Below the pieces are notes generated by a model. The model saw only the letters and a list, made by a program, of their open reading frames with translations, had not been told where the DNA came from and did not search any database. Made by a program: the position numbers and the translations under genes. DNA of 64,000 bases, taken from NCBI GenBank assembly GCA_049724395.1, contig JAUGWO010000069.1, forward strand, positions 310,001 to 374,000, written 5' to 3'. The DNA is from Spongospora subterranea f. sp. subterranea (lineage: Eukaryota). Shown here one piece after another: positions 1 through 14,138 of the stretch (the first letter of the stretch is position 1; each line of letters starts with the position of its first letter).

Positions 1-3000
1 ACATTTCGATAAACCTGGCTGCATCGTTCATACAGTTGTGCACGGTCCAGAGCATGACATGCAGCTAGCAAAATGCGAATAAAACGGTCAAAAAGAGATA
101 CTCCTTCTTGATCACTTTCGATTAACTGGAGATTGTTGAACGCATGGGTCTTGGTGGCGTATCCAGGACAATTCCATTTGCTCAACTGTGTTATGGATGC
201 ATCGCAATCTATGCAAAGCACGGAAGGCGGCAGAGTGACATTTGACGGCTCAGTTAATTCTCTTTGTGAATGCATTTCAATAATCATGACCGAAATAGCT
301 AAAAGCGACTGTGCAGCTTCAGCATACTTTGCACGCTTATTGCAATGATCGGCTAATCTTTGAAGCCATTGTATGCGAATTGAAGGAATATGACTATAGG
401 CTTGGGCCATTCCTACAAGTAAATCCTCATACAGGGCACAATCAGCAGCTTCTTCTTGAAGTAAACGTTCTTGTCGAGCAATCTCCCGAGTATCTGCCAG
501 AATCGCCAGCAACTGAGTGATGACTTGATTTAAACCAGGAATTGCTGAGGACGGAATCGATCTAAAAGCTTGTGATAAACGCTGAGCAGATTCACTGGAC
601 ATGATTTCAACCATGCTTGAAAGAGAAGATGTCACCGCTGATAAGAATAGTTTCAAAGTACCGTTTGAGGCTAAATCAGCTCCCGCAACCCAGTATAAGG
701 TTGATGCAGCATTGGCACGAATATCGACAGAAGACGATGTACAATGGACAAGGATACGTTTGATGAGATCACTTAGCGAGTGCGATCGAAGAATGACAGG
801 CCCGCATGCGAAAAGCAAATGTCTAAGGAGAGGATACAGGGCGACATGAATGTGGATTGGCTGTTGACAGGAGAAAATGGTTGATATCAATTGAACTATT
901 CGATTGCAAAAATTTAACTGCCCGTCCGGCATATGGTCAGTTGAAGACTTGGGCGATACTGCTGCATTATCTGGCCATCGGGAGCCAATGCAACTGATAA
1001 TCCATTCGAAGAGACACTGTTCCAACGACTTCTGTCATACCGGACTCGAATTCGCAAAGCCTCTTAACTAGATCAAGTCCCTATAAAGCACATGAGTTAT
1101 ATAATTTTTGATGAAATTTGATGTCAGACCTCACGCCCGGAGACCGTTTCGTTCATTTTTGCACCACTTTTGTCGACTGTGCGACGTAATGAGCCATGTG
1201 CAGCCATTTGTGCCCGCTTTTGCCTTAAACTCAGTTTGACGCTACCGTTTGAAGGTGTGGATATGATTGTATTGCCTTGGGACCTTGAAGGAGATGCCCA
1301 AGACCCTCGAGATTTTGAACCAGAGGAAGGGACATTTAAGCCTGGTCCCGCGACGCCACGGGTCAGCGTTCCCATTAATGCTTCGATGTTTGATTTGAGA
1401 TCTATGCCCCCGCCACCTGAATCCACTCCGAATAAAGAAAAACAAGATTCCGGAGCTACAATGGAATCAAACTCCGCTTGAGTTCGTCCTGATATTCCAA
1501 CATAATCAAAGTGTTGAAGTGAAAGGCACAATAGCTGATCAACTCCGGTTAAGATTTCAATATCTTCTTCTTTTATCCTATAAATTAGAGTAAATCAATT
1601 GGCCTATTAACCAGATAGGAAGAATACCAAAGCGAAAGCTGATGATCTGGTAGCAGGTTAATTATCCATACAATGACCGCCAGGAGATCGCGTTGTGATT
1701 TATCGTTCATTTCTTTGATTATGGCAACACGGTCACCGATAGATTGAACTAAAGGTAAGAAAGAAACTATGCAACATCACCATTTAAACTCGGGTTTGAA
1801 AAATAGCAAAACAACTAACCTGCCAACCTTGAACGCTGGCTCCTTGAGAGAGCCGCGTCTCGATCAAGTTTCGTGCAAATTTTTCGCAGAGATTTGAAAA
1901 TTGCAGCGCGTATAGAGGCTTCAGGAAAATCGCAGTGCATTTCTATGAAATGAATCAAAAGGGATTGAAGAGGATATAATTGAAATATCCCGTTTATAGA
2001 AACAGGAGATGAAGAAGTTTCCTGCAGTATCCCAGTGATACGGGATATTGACGGGGAGTCGAAAACAATTTCAAGAAACCGCGATTTGAACTCCACCAAA
2101 ACAGAATCTTTGGAAGCGTCGATGGATTCTATGTAATGAGTAATCAAGGAAATTACCTAAAAACGTTGATATTCGCGGATGCAGGTAATACGAGGACAAT
2201 GATTACCAGATCTTTGTCGAATAGATTAAACAAATCCATGAAAAATAAAGCAATGCAAGAGTTCGCCGTTCTTAAAGCGGAAATTCCAAGGGGCTATGTA
2301 CAGGTCAGAACAATCCTTCCAACCTACGATTGTTACATACGGATCGATGAGTCGACATTCGTGAAGCAAGGAGGCCAAAAACATGAAAAAGGGTTGTATA
2401 CATCTCTTGAGTCGATAGACAGTTTCGAAGTAGTTCTAATCCGGCAACCTTCACGAAGCAGTCAAGCCAGAACCAAAGGTTTCGTACAACCAAATGACGT
2501 TTGGCCTCGAATTCCTCCTCTTCCTGTTAGGATGTTATCACCTGCCTAAGTCAAATTACATACACTAACTAAATGTTGCAACCCGAGCTTAAGCATGGAC
2601 GCTAAACGAATAGCACAACAATCGTCCCGTAAGCTATGCTGAACGAATGCAGATACCAGTGACGACCTAAATGTGCCATCATCACTGTGCTGACGTATTT
2701 GATGAACCACAATATCTAGAGCACAAAAGCAAGTATACTGCAAGCGACAGGAACGAAATGATCCCATCCTGTTGAAGAGAAACGACATGATAGCAGGGAG
2801 ATACTGGACTAAACTGGAGATTGCACAGTTCCGCATGCGATCGAGACATTGATGAGTGTCAAATTGGCCGAAACGACTGTCATCGACATCATCATCAGAA
2901 GATAGAACAGGCAGTAGCGCAATAAACGAGTTCAGGTTCGAGTCTGTGCAAAACAGACACGAAACAGACCGCAATCTGATCTGAAAGCAATCTGCGGTTT

Positions 3001-5312
3001 GCATTCGAAAATGAATATTTGCGTTTTCAGCGCGAGCTTCGAATTTGCTGATGTAGTGATCTGGCAGCCTAGCTGCAATGGCCAATGAATAAATACCATC
3101 GGATGCAAGCATGTTTCCCTTGAACAACGGAAATATGGAATAACCAATCACCTCTTCGGTAGGTTTGCCTCTATTAAACTAATTAGCACGTAGTATAAGT
3201 GCAAATACCACCCCCTACAATTTCTTCTGACAAGAGATGTGATAAAAAGTGAAAAAAATGTGGACAAATTCCGACATCGATAAAGGAAGCATGATCTACA
3301 CTGAATGTTAAGGAGCGTCTATCTATGGCATTAAACAACTCGCGAACCTTCATTTCATCAAGCATGAAGGGGGACTTGTTATGATAAACCACCTGCGTGG
3401 TCTGAGATGCACAAAAAGCTGACTACGTTCGTCAATTACCAGTGGGCCGTGCACAACAAGTTAAGATACCTGTGATGATTTGCCAAAGAATGTTTTGACG
3501 CCATCAGAGTCTAGAGCCGCGTCTGAAAGCCTGATTTCAACCTTACATGCGATATTGCGATATTTCTGACGGTGACGTATATTTGTCAAAAAACGTTGGC
3601 GTGAGGAGAACGGACCTCGATACCTGAAATTGCACGCGAAGCGGATACACGTATAAAGAATTTACAAAATGAGCAATAGGTTGGGTAACCGGCTCACTAT
3701 ATAGAGGGAAATACTGCACTTCTCTTACTGGACCTAACATGGAGAGAGTCACTAAAACGCGCTACGGTTGTCGACAATTTGATTCACCTTGCACCGCGTG
3801 GTCCCAAACATTTGAAGGGGCTTTTAAAGGTATTAAACTGGGATCCACACAATTTAAGGGCATCCGCTTCCCATCCAAAAGATAAAGTTCGGCGGCAAAC
3901 TCAACATTAGGTAAAAGCTACAATGATTGCGTTTAAGGCATAACTAGCAATTCGAATTCATAAGCGGCGAACCTTCTTTTTGAGGTTAATGGGGAGGTCC
4001 TGCGATGGCAAATTATATTCTCTTAGCTGTTCGAGAAAGGTGACTTCATCTACAGCCTGTTTCTCGATAAATATATGCTGAGAAAGAACTGTAGGAGTGT
4101 CATGTAGCAGATCTCCAGTATCCGAGAATAATGGTATGACAGAGACACCAAAACTCTGGCGGTATTCTGACAAACGATTTATGGTTGTACGGACCCTTTT
4201 GCTAATCTTATCCAGCTCGTTTGGAGCTCGCTGAAACGAAGGAATTAATATGATAAATTCAGCACCAATAAGATAATTACTCCTTTTTCTTTGAGATATG
4301 GTTCAAACGCTTCTTCAGGATCGCCTTGCAAGATTCGCTCGATGCGAAGCACCAAAACTACTAATGGATGGCGGTCGGGGATTGTAAAAAGCGCATTGCG
4401 GCAAAGCGTGATTTCGTCGGCGGCCAAACGCCAAACAGATAGTCCTGAAGTTAATACCTGAGCTGAGAATTACTAGGGTTATTACAAAGAAACACGCTAA
4501 CTCACATCTTCTGAATTGAGATCGAAGTAAAAATTTTCCGAAATCCGGCCGCCGTTTGGACGAAGATCATATATGGCCAGGGAACAGAAAAACGGTTCCA
4601 ATGCGCCGACACACATGGTGAGTCGTTGAATCGAGCAGAAAAGTGGGGCAGAATGGGTTTGTGGACCGTCTCCCCACATCGGAACATGATATCTGGAGCA
4701 ATCGGATTTTTCCAGCGAGTCTGGACACTGCCAATCGGGGTCGTACCTCCATAAAGCCGACACAGCATTTTCATATAACGTTTTTCCAAATTGGCAAGCA
4801 GTATTGAGTTCAATGGGAGAATAGAGCTCATCCAATAAGAGAGCAGATGCATCAAGCACATGAAGGTCATCTGTTCGGGATTTATCGATTTGAGTAGTTG
4901 CTGTGGTCTGGCTCATTTGAATCTGTGCGCGCTTTTCCCGGAGAGTCGTAGATTGAATCTGATCGGATGGGGCTCGAGTAAATAAATCGACCAACGCCGG
5001 TCTGGACGGAGAATGAGATGAAGGGGATTGAGCAATATCAAGGTGGCCATCATCAATTGTATGGCGATGATGCACAGTTTGGACAAGCGCTGGAACATAG
5101 GGGTCCACTGGAGCGTTGATCACGTTTAGACGTGGCCGTACAAGCTCGTCTAAGGCGTGCAATACCAAAGGACTGGATACAGGCGGGACACTCGGGACAA
5201 AATCCCCAGTGAAACGATTAGGAGTAGGCAACGAGATTAACGACGGCAGCGGTAGACATGGCTTGGTGGAGTACTCTCTAACAGGCGATGACGGCGCCGG
5301 TTGTCGAGCCAT
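1..5312 (-). CDS. DOCK-C/D (Zizimin-like) guanine nucleotide exchange factor, multi-exon, 3' part beyond left edge
   Basis: Successive minus-strand exons carry DOCK6-11-type motifs: LEPFFCSLAIYDL...ISENFYFDLN, VLVLRIERILQG...EPYLK, YRQSFG, and C2/DHR-1 segments FVNSLYVYPL, VYHNKSPFMLDEMKV, IGYSIFPL...LPDHY. The start codon (ATG 5312) is uncertain. Confidence 0.85.
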
Positions 5313-6727
5313 TACGTGTTCGATCACAGGAGTTCAGATACAGGCAAGATGCATATCATTTCCCCGATCATTCATCTGTTCAATACTTCAATCAAAATGA
5401 AACAGAGACTCATAAATTACAGGTGTAGTGTATACATAGGGGCAGCCAGGATGCTTGGTTCAGACTTGAGAGCCATACCCAAATACAGCCCCCCAAACCT
5501 GAAAGGTAACCGAGGACAGGTAACGTGGACTGTGTTCACTTCCAGTCATTGCCCAACCTGCCGTGCGCCGTATTTGTAAATCCAAGTCACATGTATCAAA
5601 AAGACAGGATATGGGTCGATCGGGTTCCCGACAGCTATGGCGGTACCAGAATGTGCGTTTGGTGCCAATCTCTGGTGATCTGCAACAGAATCTATTCGTG
5701 TTTGACAGCTGAAACTAGCAAACGAGTTTGGCAATACTGGCATCCTGCATTGCTAGAGCTAACCAAAGCTGGCTCTGATGGATGACGGCTGAACTACCGA
5801 ACATCAACATTTTTTAACATTTGGCAGATCATGCAAGCAAGGGAGAAAAAGGGGACATGTTCGAGTTTCAAATCTTTTTGAAAACAGCATCAAACTGAAT
5901 TGCTCCTTTCTCGCAAGCTGGTTGCCAACAGGGTCGATCATTTAGTGAATTGCAAGGATATAAAATCGTCCAACTACGATTGCTTGCTTGAAAAGAAGCG
6001 ATTCGTCTGCCTCGCGAATTATCTACCTGGCGAACTTCAAATGTATACCGATCCGGGCCATCCACCAATTTCGTGACGGATGGACTTGTAATCGAATGTT
6101 AAAAAAGCACTCAGCAAATAAAACAATTTCCGACTGAAGTGAACTTAACCATCCAAACTGGGTAGTCGAAAGAGGACAATATGGGCTTCATCCGAAAAAT
6201 CTTTGTGATTCAGATCAGTAATTTCTGAAAAATAGAAACATAGAAATAAGAATGGAGAAAATCTGAAAATAGTCGACAAAATTGTACCCGCCGCGTTCTT
6301 ACTCAAAATGATACGAAAGGTTTCTTGCAGATTCTGACCTCTTGCATAAATTCGCCTACTTCAATCATCGGGAGACAGTCTTGTAAATCACAACATCTTG
6401 TTCGAAATTATTTGGATTCAAATATCGCTGCCCACATTATCCTGCAAGTTTTTGGCTTTATTGTTTGGGCTTTGGCGTTATTTATCAATTCCAAACGCAT
6501 ATTGGGGTTTTTTGAGCGCGCGTGTCAGGATTGAGAGGCCCCGGCATAACAGAGGATGGCGGTACCTGTTTAATGAGCAAGCCAGAGCCTGCGAGGAATA
6601 GCGCCAGCCATATGTATTGGGACCGCTCCCTTCATGACATCATCAATATCTATTCGCCCCAGCGTGTAATCGGAAGGTGTCACCAGACATTGTATGCCTG
6701 TAGATATTTCTGCGGTTTCTAGTGATC

Positions 6728-7762
6728 ATGGCGCTAATAGGCCATCTTTTCCTGACGATTCGCCGCCTCCTTCTTCCTGCTGCTGCCCTGGCGCCTCCTG
6801 CTGCCGTTTACGCCTCATACAAATGGACTCCTCCGCTGGTCAGCCTACCTAGCCAAGACCTGCCTCCACCTCTCTCCACCTCTGCCGCCTTGCGCGCCGC
6901 CCTTCATTATCTGCCCTCCCGTGCTCTGTCTCGATTCTATGGCGCCGCCTCATCGTGTGAGCTGCCGAGCCCGCTTAGGGCACCGTTATACTCGCTTTGG
7001 GCCCGTGTATTCTCCTCCGATATGGCGGCAATCCGATATCCACTTGCCGCTCATCTGTCTCTACAGGAATTCTTCACCAGACCTCTTCGCAAAACTGCCC
7101 GGCCCATCGCCGCGGCTGATCTAGTTTCTCCAGCCGACGGTCTGGTCACTGTTATTGGGCGGGTAGGATCGGATGGGCGTCTGGAACAAATCAAGGGCTC
7201 GTCTTACAGCCTTGGCGCCTTCTTAACTTGTCAGCCCAGTTCCTGTAGCCCAGGAGCCGCCCTCTATTATGCGGTCATCTATCTGGGCCCTGGCGATTAC
7301 CACCGAATCCATTCCTCGTCCGATTGGCTGTTATGCGACCGGACTCATTGCCCAGGTGATCTGTTCCCGGTCAACCCTTCTCTACTCAAGCATATCCCAG
7401 CCCTATTTTCTCTCAACGAGCGTGTTGTCCTGACAGGCACGTGGCGCCATGGTTTCTATTCCCTGACCGCTGTTGGCGCCTATAATGTCGGCTCGATCCA
7501 CCTGAACGTTGAGCCTGATCTGCAGACCAATGTGTCCGATCATAGCTATGGGACGGATGCAAGCGGACAACCCATTGCACATAGGAGAAGAATAGGACCA
7601 ATGCAAATAGAGAAAGGTCAAGAAATTGGCAGGTTCATGCTTGGATCAACAGTAGTTCTTGTTTGGGAAGCACCAGAACAGTTCACGTTTAATGTAATTC
7701 CTGGCCAGAAAATACTAATGGGTCAAAATATTGGATCGGTTATTGATGACCCTCCAAAATAA
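6728..7762 (+). CDS. PISD: Phosphatidylserine decarboxylase proenzyme (PSD1/PISD type), intronless
   Basis: Motifs EFFTRPLR, SPADG, YLGPGDYHRIHS, LFSLNERVVL, VGAYNVGSI and the self-cleavage site GRFMLGSTVVL. Confidence 0.95.
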   Translation: MALIGHLFLTIRRLLLPAAALAPPAAVYASYKWTPPLVSLPSQDLPPPLSTSAALRAALHYLPSRALSRFYGAASSCELPSPLRAPLYSLWARVFSSDMAAIRYPLAAHLSLQEFFTRPLRKTARPIAAADLVSPADGLVTVIGRVGSDGRLEQIKGSSYSLGAFLTCQPSSCSPGAALYYAVIYLGPGDYHRIHSSSDWLLCDRTHCPGDLFPVNPSLLKHIPALFSLNERVVLTGTWRHGFYSLTAVGAYNVGSIHLNVEPDLQTNVSDHSYGTDASGQPIAHRRRIGPMQIEKGQEIGRFMLGSTVVLVWEAPEQFTFNVIPGQKILMGQNIGSVIDDPPK

Positions 7763-8649
7763 TAACATCCCTGATTAACTGTCATTTTTTCTGCATTGCA
7801 TTGGTCGCACGATGTCTTCGTTATTGAGATTTTCGGAAGTGAACAGTATCAGCAAATGATCTGGAAAAAAGTGTTTGTTTGAAACAACGGTAATGCCAAA
7901 CAGAATTGTGTGTAGCTCGCCTTAGATTACTACACGTGTGCCGAAGGGGTCGCTTTACACATTATCTGGGACAGGTACTATCGTCAAAGGTTCTTTCGTT
8001 CTCACGATTTCATTTTCTCATCTGCGCTCAAGAAGACCTTCCACTTTGAACCGGCGCGATGCGATTGTTGAGATCGAGCTTTGCCGTTAAATGAACCTGG
8101 TCAGCATTCTTGTCTTTCCGACTATGACGAAGAGAATATCGATGACCCGACTGATATAGAACATCCAACTATGACATCAGATTGGTCAAATTCATTTACC
8201 CTATGAACGTGTCAGAGAAAGCGAGAATCATTGTGGTTGGGCCCAGATAGATCACCTGATTTGAGTCATTTGACTCCTGATTATTCATGATTTTCGATTA
8301 GAGTCACCACAATTACATATACGATTACCCTGATGGAGTGGCTTCATTAATATCCATCAAATGCCCAACTCATCTGATCGCTATTTTCGTTGGCAATTCA
8401 AAAAATGTACGAGGTTTCTCCGGACCGGCAACGATGGTGCGAATATGTGTTGGGGTTCTATTATGTTCAGTACCGGGCAGTGATATTCGATGATGAATGG
8501 GATCAAGGGCACTTACATGTGCACATGGTTAGAGATGGAGAATCCGTTTTAAGCGGTAGCGCCAGTATTTGACGATACGATGGGAATGATGTTTGCGAGC
8601 CAGATGACGAGTAGGTCGAGGGTGTGAAGAATTTAGGGACGAGGAACAA

Positions 8650-9828
8650 GGTACACCATGAGCAATTCCAGACCTGGATAACGATAGAGATTATCGTAAA
8701 ACTGGACGCGTTCATCGCGCAGTCCTAAATTGATGGCGGAATCTGCTTGAGAAGCGCTACCGATTATTCTTCTTGGAACACTGGACTGATATTCCTCTGG
8801 GAAATAATGTCCCCTCAAAGTGGACATTATTAGAGCGATGAGGAGATGGTGCCTACCGTATTCCCCCGAACACAACGCCTAGGCGTCCTATTCCAATAGT
8901 GCCCCTACTGGTCGTTCGGAAGAAATAGAACGTCTAGGCGTTCTATAGGGAGCAAGGGGAGCAGACTTATTGGAAACACGCTCTGGCCGTTCGTTCATCC
9001 GGTTTCCTTCTGGTGATACAGATTCGTTGATATGACACGGTATGTGTAAATACATTTAGTGTATCTTGCTGTATTCACCACAGTGTGTCTCAAGTTCGAG
9101 GTTTGGATTTGTAATGGTCCGGTATGCGCTCGACAGCGACAATGACGTCTGATTCGGAGAATTCAATTAAATACTGTATTCAGCATTATTTCGGTTTGCC
9201 TTTGGATATTATCACTCTTCAGAGTGGCCAAGAAGACTTATTCACTCGTGGAAGTTTTGCCATCTCAGGAATACACTTACGTCAACGATACCAGAACTCT
9301 AGTCGGTCAATATCTGTCTAGTTGCATTTGGCGGACAGGCTGACAAAAAGGCATATTTGATTGAAGAAGGCTCAGAAGTCCGCTCGATTCCCGTCAAACT
9401 TTTCAGGTGTCGCCAATCTTGGCCCGAGGAGGTGTTGGGTCTTTGGCATACCCATCGCTCGACCCTATGCTTCCGGATCCTGTCCCATCCGTAATGCTCG
9501 GCTTCTTATACGACAGGAGTTCCTCATGTAGCTGCTGGTTGGCTCGCGTGGCAGCCGCCATTTCTTGGCACTGTTCTGCGCCCGATGGCGCTGAGACGGG
9601 GTCAGGTGCGTTCATGACGGTGACGGTGACGGGCGGAGCTGGGTGTTGTGGGAATTCACATAACACTGTAAAATCGGTCTCTGGTAACGAACGGGCGGAC
9701 GAGCGGACGAACGTCGGGAAGGCGGACTGGGCGGGGAGGGATACACAGTTACACCAAACCAACCCAAAAGGTACTATCACAAGGCCATCGTTCTCGGGTC
9801 CTTGTACTAAGACTCTTGGATCATGACA
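8650..9828 (-). mobile_element. Degenerate Ty3/gypsy-like LTR retrotransposon 5' remnant (candidate LTR plus gag)
   Basis: The minus strand near 9410-9300 reads PEKFDGNRADF*AFFNQICLF, a retrotransposon gag motif with stops. A candidate 162-bp LTR at 9667-9828 begins TGTCATGATC and ends GATTTTACA on the minus strand. The left boundary is approximate. Confidence 0.55.
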
Positions 9829-10559
9829 ATTCAGGGTTCAATTCAACGAGACCGTCAAATGCAATCCCGCGTTCTCCAGGACTTTGACAGTACTGTACAC
9901 TTGTTCCTTCAGTGGGCGCAACCCTGGCAAATTCATAACATAACGATCGACTGTTCTGACTTATGAGCTCTTAGTGTTATTCCCATCCACGCAACAACTC
10001 GTTTCATTCATCAATTGAATTCATTTTAGCAACATTAATTTGGAAAAATTTGCTCATTCCTTTCACTTATCATGCTTGTTCCTACTCTCCCATTCCTTCT
10101 GTCACTTGTTATTCTCATTTCTTCAACAGATTCAGAGTCTCAATCTGCCGATTGTGCGGAAACTGCACTCACATCGAATCACAATCGGTAGACTTGGGAC
10201 TCTTAATCTGTCAAAATAGTGAGAGTGACAGGGGAGGGCAGAAATGATAGAGTAGGAAAGAGGGCGATAAGTGATGAGTTTCATAAAGAAAGGGGTCATT
10301 CTCATTACTCTTCAACCCAGACCACACCGACTAATCGCCTTTGCTGTTAAGATGACGACCATGTGCACAGTGCACTGGATGAACCGCTTCCTGTTCATTG
10401 GTTGTTATCAACATTCAATTGTTTTGGTATGAATGAAAGCTACTGTAGCAGCCATTAGAGAAGATTGGATCAATTCTTCTGTCAAGACATTCAAAAGACT
10501 GGATGAGATCAGAGGTCTTTCAAAACTGTATGGACATAGTTAATTTGAGTGATTTCTTT

Positions 10560-11500
10560 CATTCCGTGGTCTAGAAAATAGTAAAAACCACTGCTTATCA
10601 CGATAATTATATACTCCAATGACATGTGAAGGCCAAGTCTGTTTCAAAATATATGTCGCTCTGCTTTGGCTCAACGAAAACACATAAAAATACTAGATTT
10701 TGGCGGTCATAGCATATATATGACCGAGATATAAATCATTGTCAGCGTCGTTCGCCATATGACAAAAGTTGCACAAATGGTTCTGGCACATAACGAAATG
10801 TTCCATCCAGAAAGAGCGTTACCCCTGATCGTTTCGAGATTGATTTTTTGCCAGAGCTGGGTGTCCCCATGCTCAAACTTTGCCTTTATTGACGCCGTCA
10901 AAGACAGGACTGTTGAATAACAAAAACGACGGCATGCGGTCACGGGAGCGAGCAAGATCATTCTCCTCAACGTCTCGCCAACGATCCGCTGGCCGCCCCC
11001 CCGATTGAATAAAATTTCCCCGTTTGATAACCGTTTGTTTGTTGATATCATTGAAACGCGATAATAAAGTCTCGCTGATATCTGCCCAGATTTGTGTCGC
11101 AGACTTAGATCTGTCAGATAGCGCCAACTCATCTACCATATCTCGCATCTACCAGAGTAGTTAAGTTTGAAGAACCATCAGTGTTTCCTTGTTAGACTTA
11201 CTCTTGGCTCAAGGTCAACTGATTCGCCGTCGACATTGAGAGGTTGACAAAGTTGTGGACTGAGGTCAGATATTTCCGTCGGGACTGATTACAAGCCTTG
11301 AGGAGCACCCTTGTTTCCTCAGCCGAGAGCTTCGAAATTTTGAACAACGATAATACTTGGCGTTGTTTTTGGCGTTGCTGAACATATATTTATACCCATT
11401 CCAGATGATCTGAGCAGTACCCTCCTTGTAGCGCGGCATTAGCGCCGCCCAACAGGTATTGTTGTCAAAGTCTACCGATATCAACCAACTACACCGTCAA
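10560..11500 (-). mobile_element. Degenerate Mutator-like (MULE) transposase remnant
   Basis: FLYWCH-like segment WNGYKYMF...YYRCSKFRS...GCSSRL (11266-11484). The MULE core motif LFLDGTFRYVPEPFVQLL lies at ~10820-10765, followed by frameshifts and stops. Confidence 0.72.
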
Positions 11501-11650
11501 CCGTATTTAGTGTGAGTGGACAAATCAAGGATGGCAGAGCGGGGGTTTTCACCCAGAAGGTTTTTGAGGTTACTGTATTTGGAAAAACCTTTTTTGCCTT
11601 TCAGATAGGAAAATAAGGTTTTTCAAGGTTTTTGAAATAATGCGCAAGTA

Positions 11651-14118
11651 CAGTAGCGGACACCTTAACTCTGTACTTTGTTTCAATCTCAAATCTGAAA
11701 AATGCGCGCAGTTTTATATAGTGCGTGAGGAAAATTGAAAATATTCTGATTTATTCGAGGTTTTGCAATATGCGCAGAGGAATCTTGCGATGACCGCGGT
11801 ACTGTTTGACTGCAAACTCAATTTGTTTGTGATTGAGAGAATTACCGTTCGGTCCGGTGACGCGGTAAGCGTCCATCCCGATAGGATTTACGAGCGAACT
11901 TCCTAATTTTGCCAATAGAAACACTCTTGATGGCTTCTGGAACCAGTTGAACTAATTCGTCAAAGCGAAATGTGCATCGAGCTCTTGAAAACGCTTTGGC
12001 TGCACCCCAAAACATTTCAATAAAATTAAACTCACAGTGATACTTGGGATAGAGATCGACGAATAATCCCTGGTTAATTACGGTTTCTTGCAGCCATTCC
12101 ATCTGGCTTTTTAAATCTGGTTGCTCCTTCAATAGATTTTTGGCTTCTTGGACTGAAAGTCCAGGAATCCACAAATCTCTCTCCAATAGAACACGCTTGA
12201 GGCCCTTCGAGAGTCCATTCTCAGTCGTCATGGTCTGTTTGATGCGCTCTCCGTTGCTGTCGATGTACCATCCAGACCGCATGATTCTGGCATTTCGCCC
12301 TCCATCGCTCATATTCATCCTGCTTACAGACAATGCGTCTGGAGCAATTGCATGATGGTTTTGCGAATTGTCAAACATGAAGATTCCATCACAACCAGGA
12401 TTCAGAAACTGGAATATCGGTATTGCCTTTTCTTTCAACTGCTGAACAAGGTCACAGTTTCTCCAATAACATTCAGCGTTTGCACCAGGTTTCAAGAAAA
12501 CAGTCGAATCCTGAGGGACGCCAGGGTTAAGGGCTTGCTGGCTATCCGACAATCGCAGGAGACCATGGCATTCACAGAGAAATGCTGATACCATCAGGCT
12601 TCTGCTGTTACCTTTAGGACGAATCTCTTTCTTGTCTTCGTTTATCCAAACAAAAGAACGTCCATCATTTGATCCAAAACAGGATTCATCATGAGTCACC
12701 AGCACCAGAGGCCGTTCTCCTTCATTGAGTTTCGGGGCGACATCATTTTCCATGAAGTCTCCTTCGTATGACGTCATTCGTCTTTCATATGAAAGCATTC
12801 GGTCTAAAAATCTTTGGCGGTATTGAATAACATCAGGTCGCTCATGACCATCGTTGTAAAACCCTTTACAGAACTTGCCAAAACGAAGCTCCATTATATT
12901 CAACCACCGTTGGCCCGTCCTGGAAGAAAGAGACACTGGGGAATCAAAACCCAGTTTCAAATGAAGGTTTTCCTTGACCCAATGCACCAGAGTCGAGCTT
13001 GTGAGCCCAACCTGAGGCTGCACCACAATGAATCCAATCCTAACTATTCGCTGAACATCTTCGTCGTTGATCAAAGATTGAATTTTGACGAATTTGCCTT
13101 GATTCAGAACAGGCAACTCTCTCTTGTCAATAAAATACAGTGCAGATTGTCGGATCAAGCGGCCAGTGTGAACAACGTTGCGGTCAGGGAAAAACTGGGA
13201 TGCAATTCGTTGCGATGACAAAATTTTAGGTTTCTTCGCCACCAAATCCGCTAAATATTGCTTGATCGACAACAATCGAACAAAATCCCACCGCGTCACG
13301 TCTTTGTGGCGATGTTCCAAGTTGCGGTTCGGACGGAATTCGGTTAATGCTTCCAGCTTTTCAAAAACGTCGCAAATCTTGCTTTCTGACGTAATACGAG
13401 GTGGTTCATCAGGTGAGAAATACTTGGTAATTTTCACACAATCTTTGATCACCTCATGACGCCGTTCCTTTTCTTGCCGTCGTCGCCATTGTGTCGTCCG
13501 ACTGTATTTGGAGTACGACGATCGCAAATGAGAGCCGGCACCTTCTTTCCAGGATATTAATGAGCTCCAGTCCGGAAGCTGCATCTTCTCGCTTGAATTT
13601 TCAAAGATTATGATTTCATCTTCCGACTCTTCAGCAGCGCAGACCTGGGATTCGGGTTCAATGCTTTGGCTAGTTCGCCTCATCAGAGCAGCAAGCTTGA
13701 AAGCAGCAGCGAGCTTTCGACAATTTACAGTGTTATTCTTTGGCCTAGCCATTCGTAAAGTTTCAGTGAAAGAGTCGGGCGACGAAAGTTGTTCAATGAA
13801 AGTGCGCTGATTTCAGCACCGTGACGCAAAACGTAATTTTTGCGTCACGGCGCACTTATGTAACTGCGCGCGCAACTTTTTGTCGGTTTTTGTTTTTCCT
13901 CATAGAGGTTTCAAAATGTCCTGCTGTCTATCAACTTACGGAGTTTATATCTCCGTCACAATTCAACATTTTTGAAAAAACGAAACGGCGACTGGTTCAG
14001 ATTATTGAGAACGCCATTTTGCCGTGTCGTTTGTTTGATTTATTCATCACGGGATGCGCCTATTAACCACGGACTTTTCTCCCTCACAAAAATTACAGAG
14101 TTAAGGTGTCCGCTACTG
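11651..14118 (-). mobile_element. Element A: full-length IS630/Tc1/mariner-superfamily DNA transposon (2468 bp)
   Basis: Perfect 25-bp TIRs CAGTAGCGGACACCTTAACTCTGTA (11651-11675 and 14094-14118), TA on both flanks (11649-50, 14119-20), single transposase ORF. Confidence 0.95.
11751..13752 (-). CDS. Element A transposase (DD117E), one frameshift near C-terminus (~11877)
   Basis: Motifs THDESCF, FMFDNSQNH and YPKYHCEFNFIEMFWG. After ...FARKSYR the family-typical tail MDAYR...FAVKQYRGHRKIP...LE* continues in another frame to the stop at 11751-11753. Confidence 0.9.
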
Positions 14119-14138
14119 TAGAGGTACAGTATCCATTA

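Noticed and set aside
5325..6200. Possible upstream DOCK exons or in-frame TGA readthrough at ~5335
   Set aside because: Equally explained by a separate small gene or non-coding sequence; no motif and no SECIS evidence.
6728..7762. Intronless PISD (and RSM22) as horizontal transfers or retrocopies
   Set aside because: Both have eukaryote-type sequences and N-terminal extensions, with no poly(A) tail or TSD. Intronless genes occur normally.
11540..11640. AGGTTTTT/AAAAACCT repeats as the MULE terminal inverted repeat
   Set aside because: No matching partner end or 9-bp TSD found in the window.
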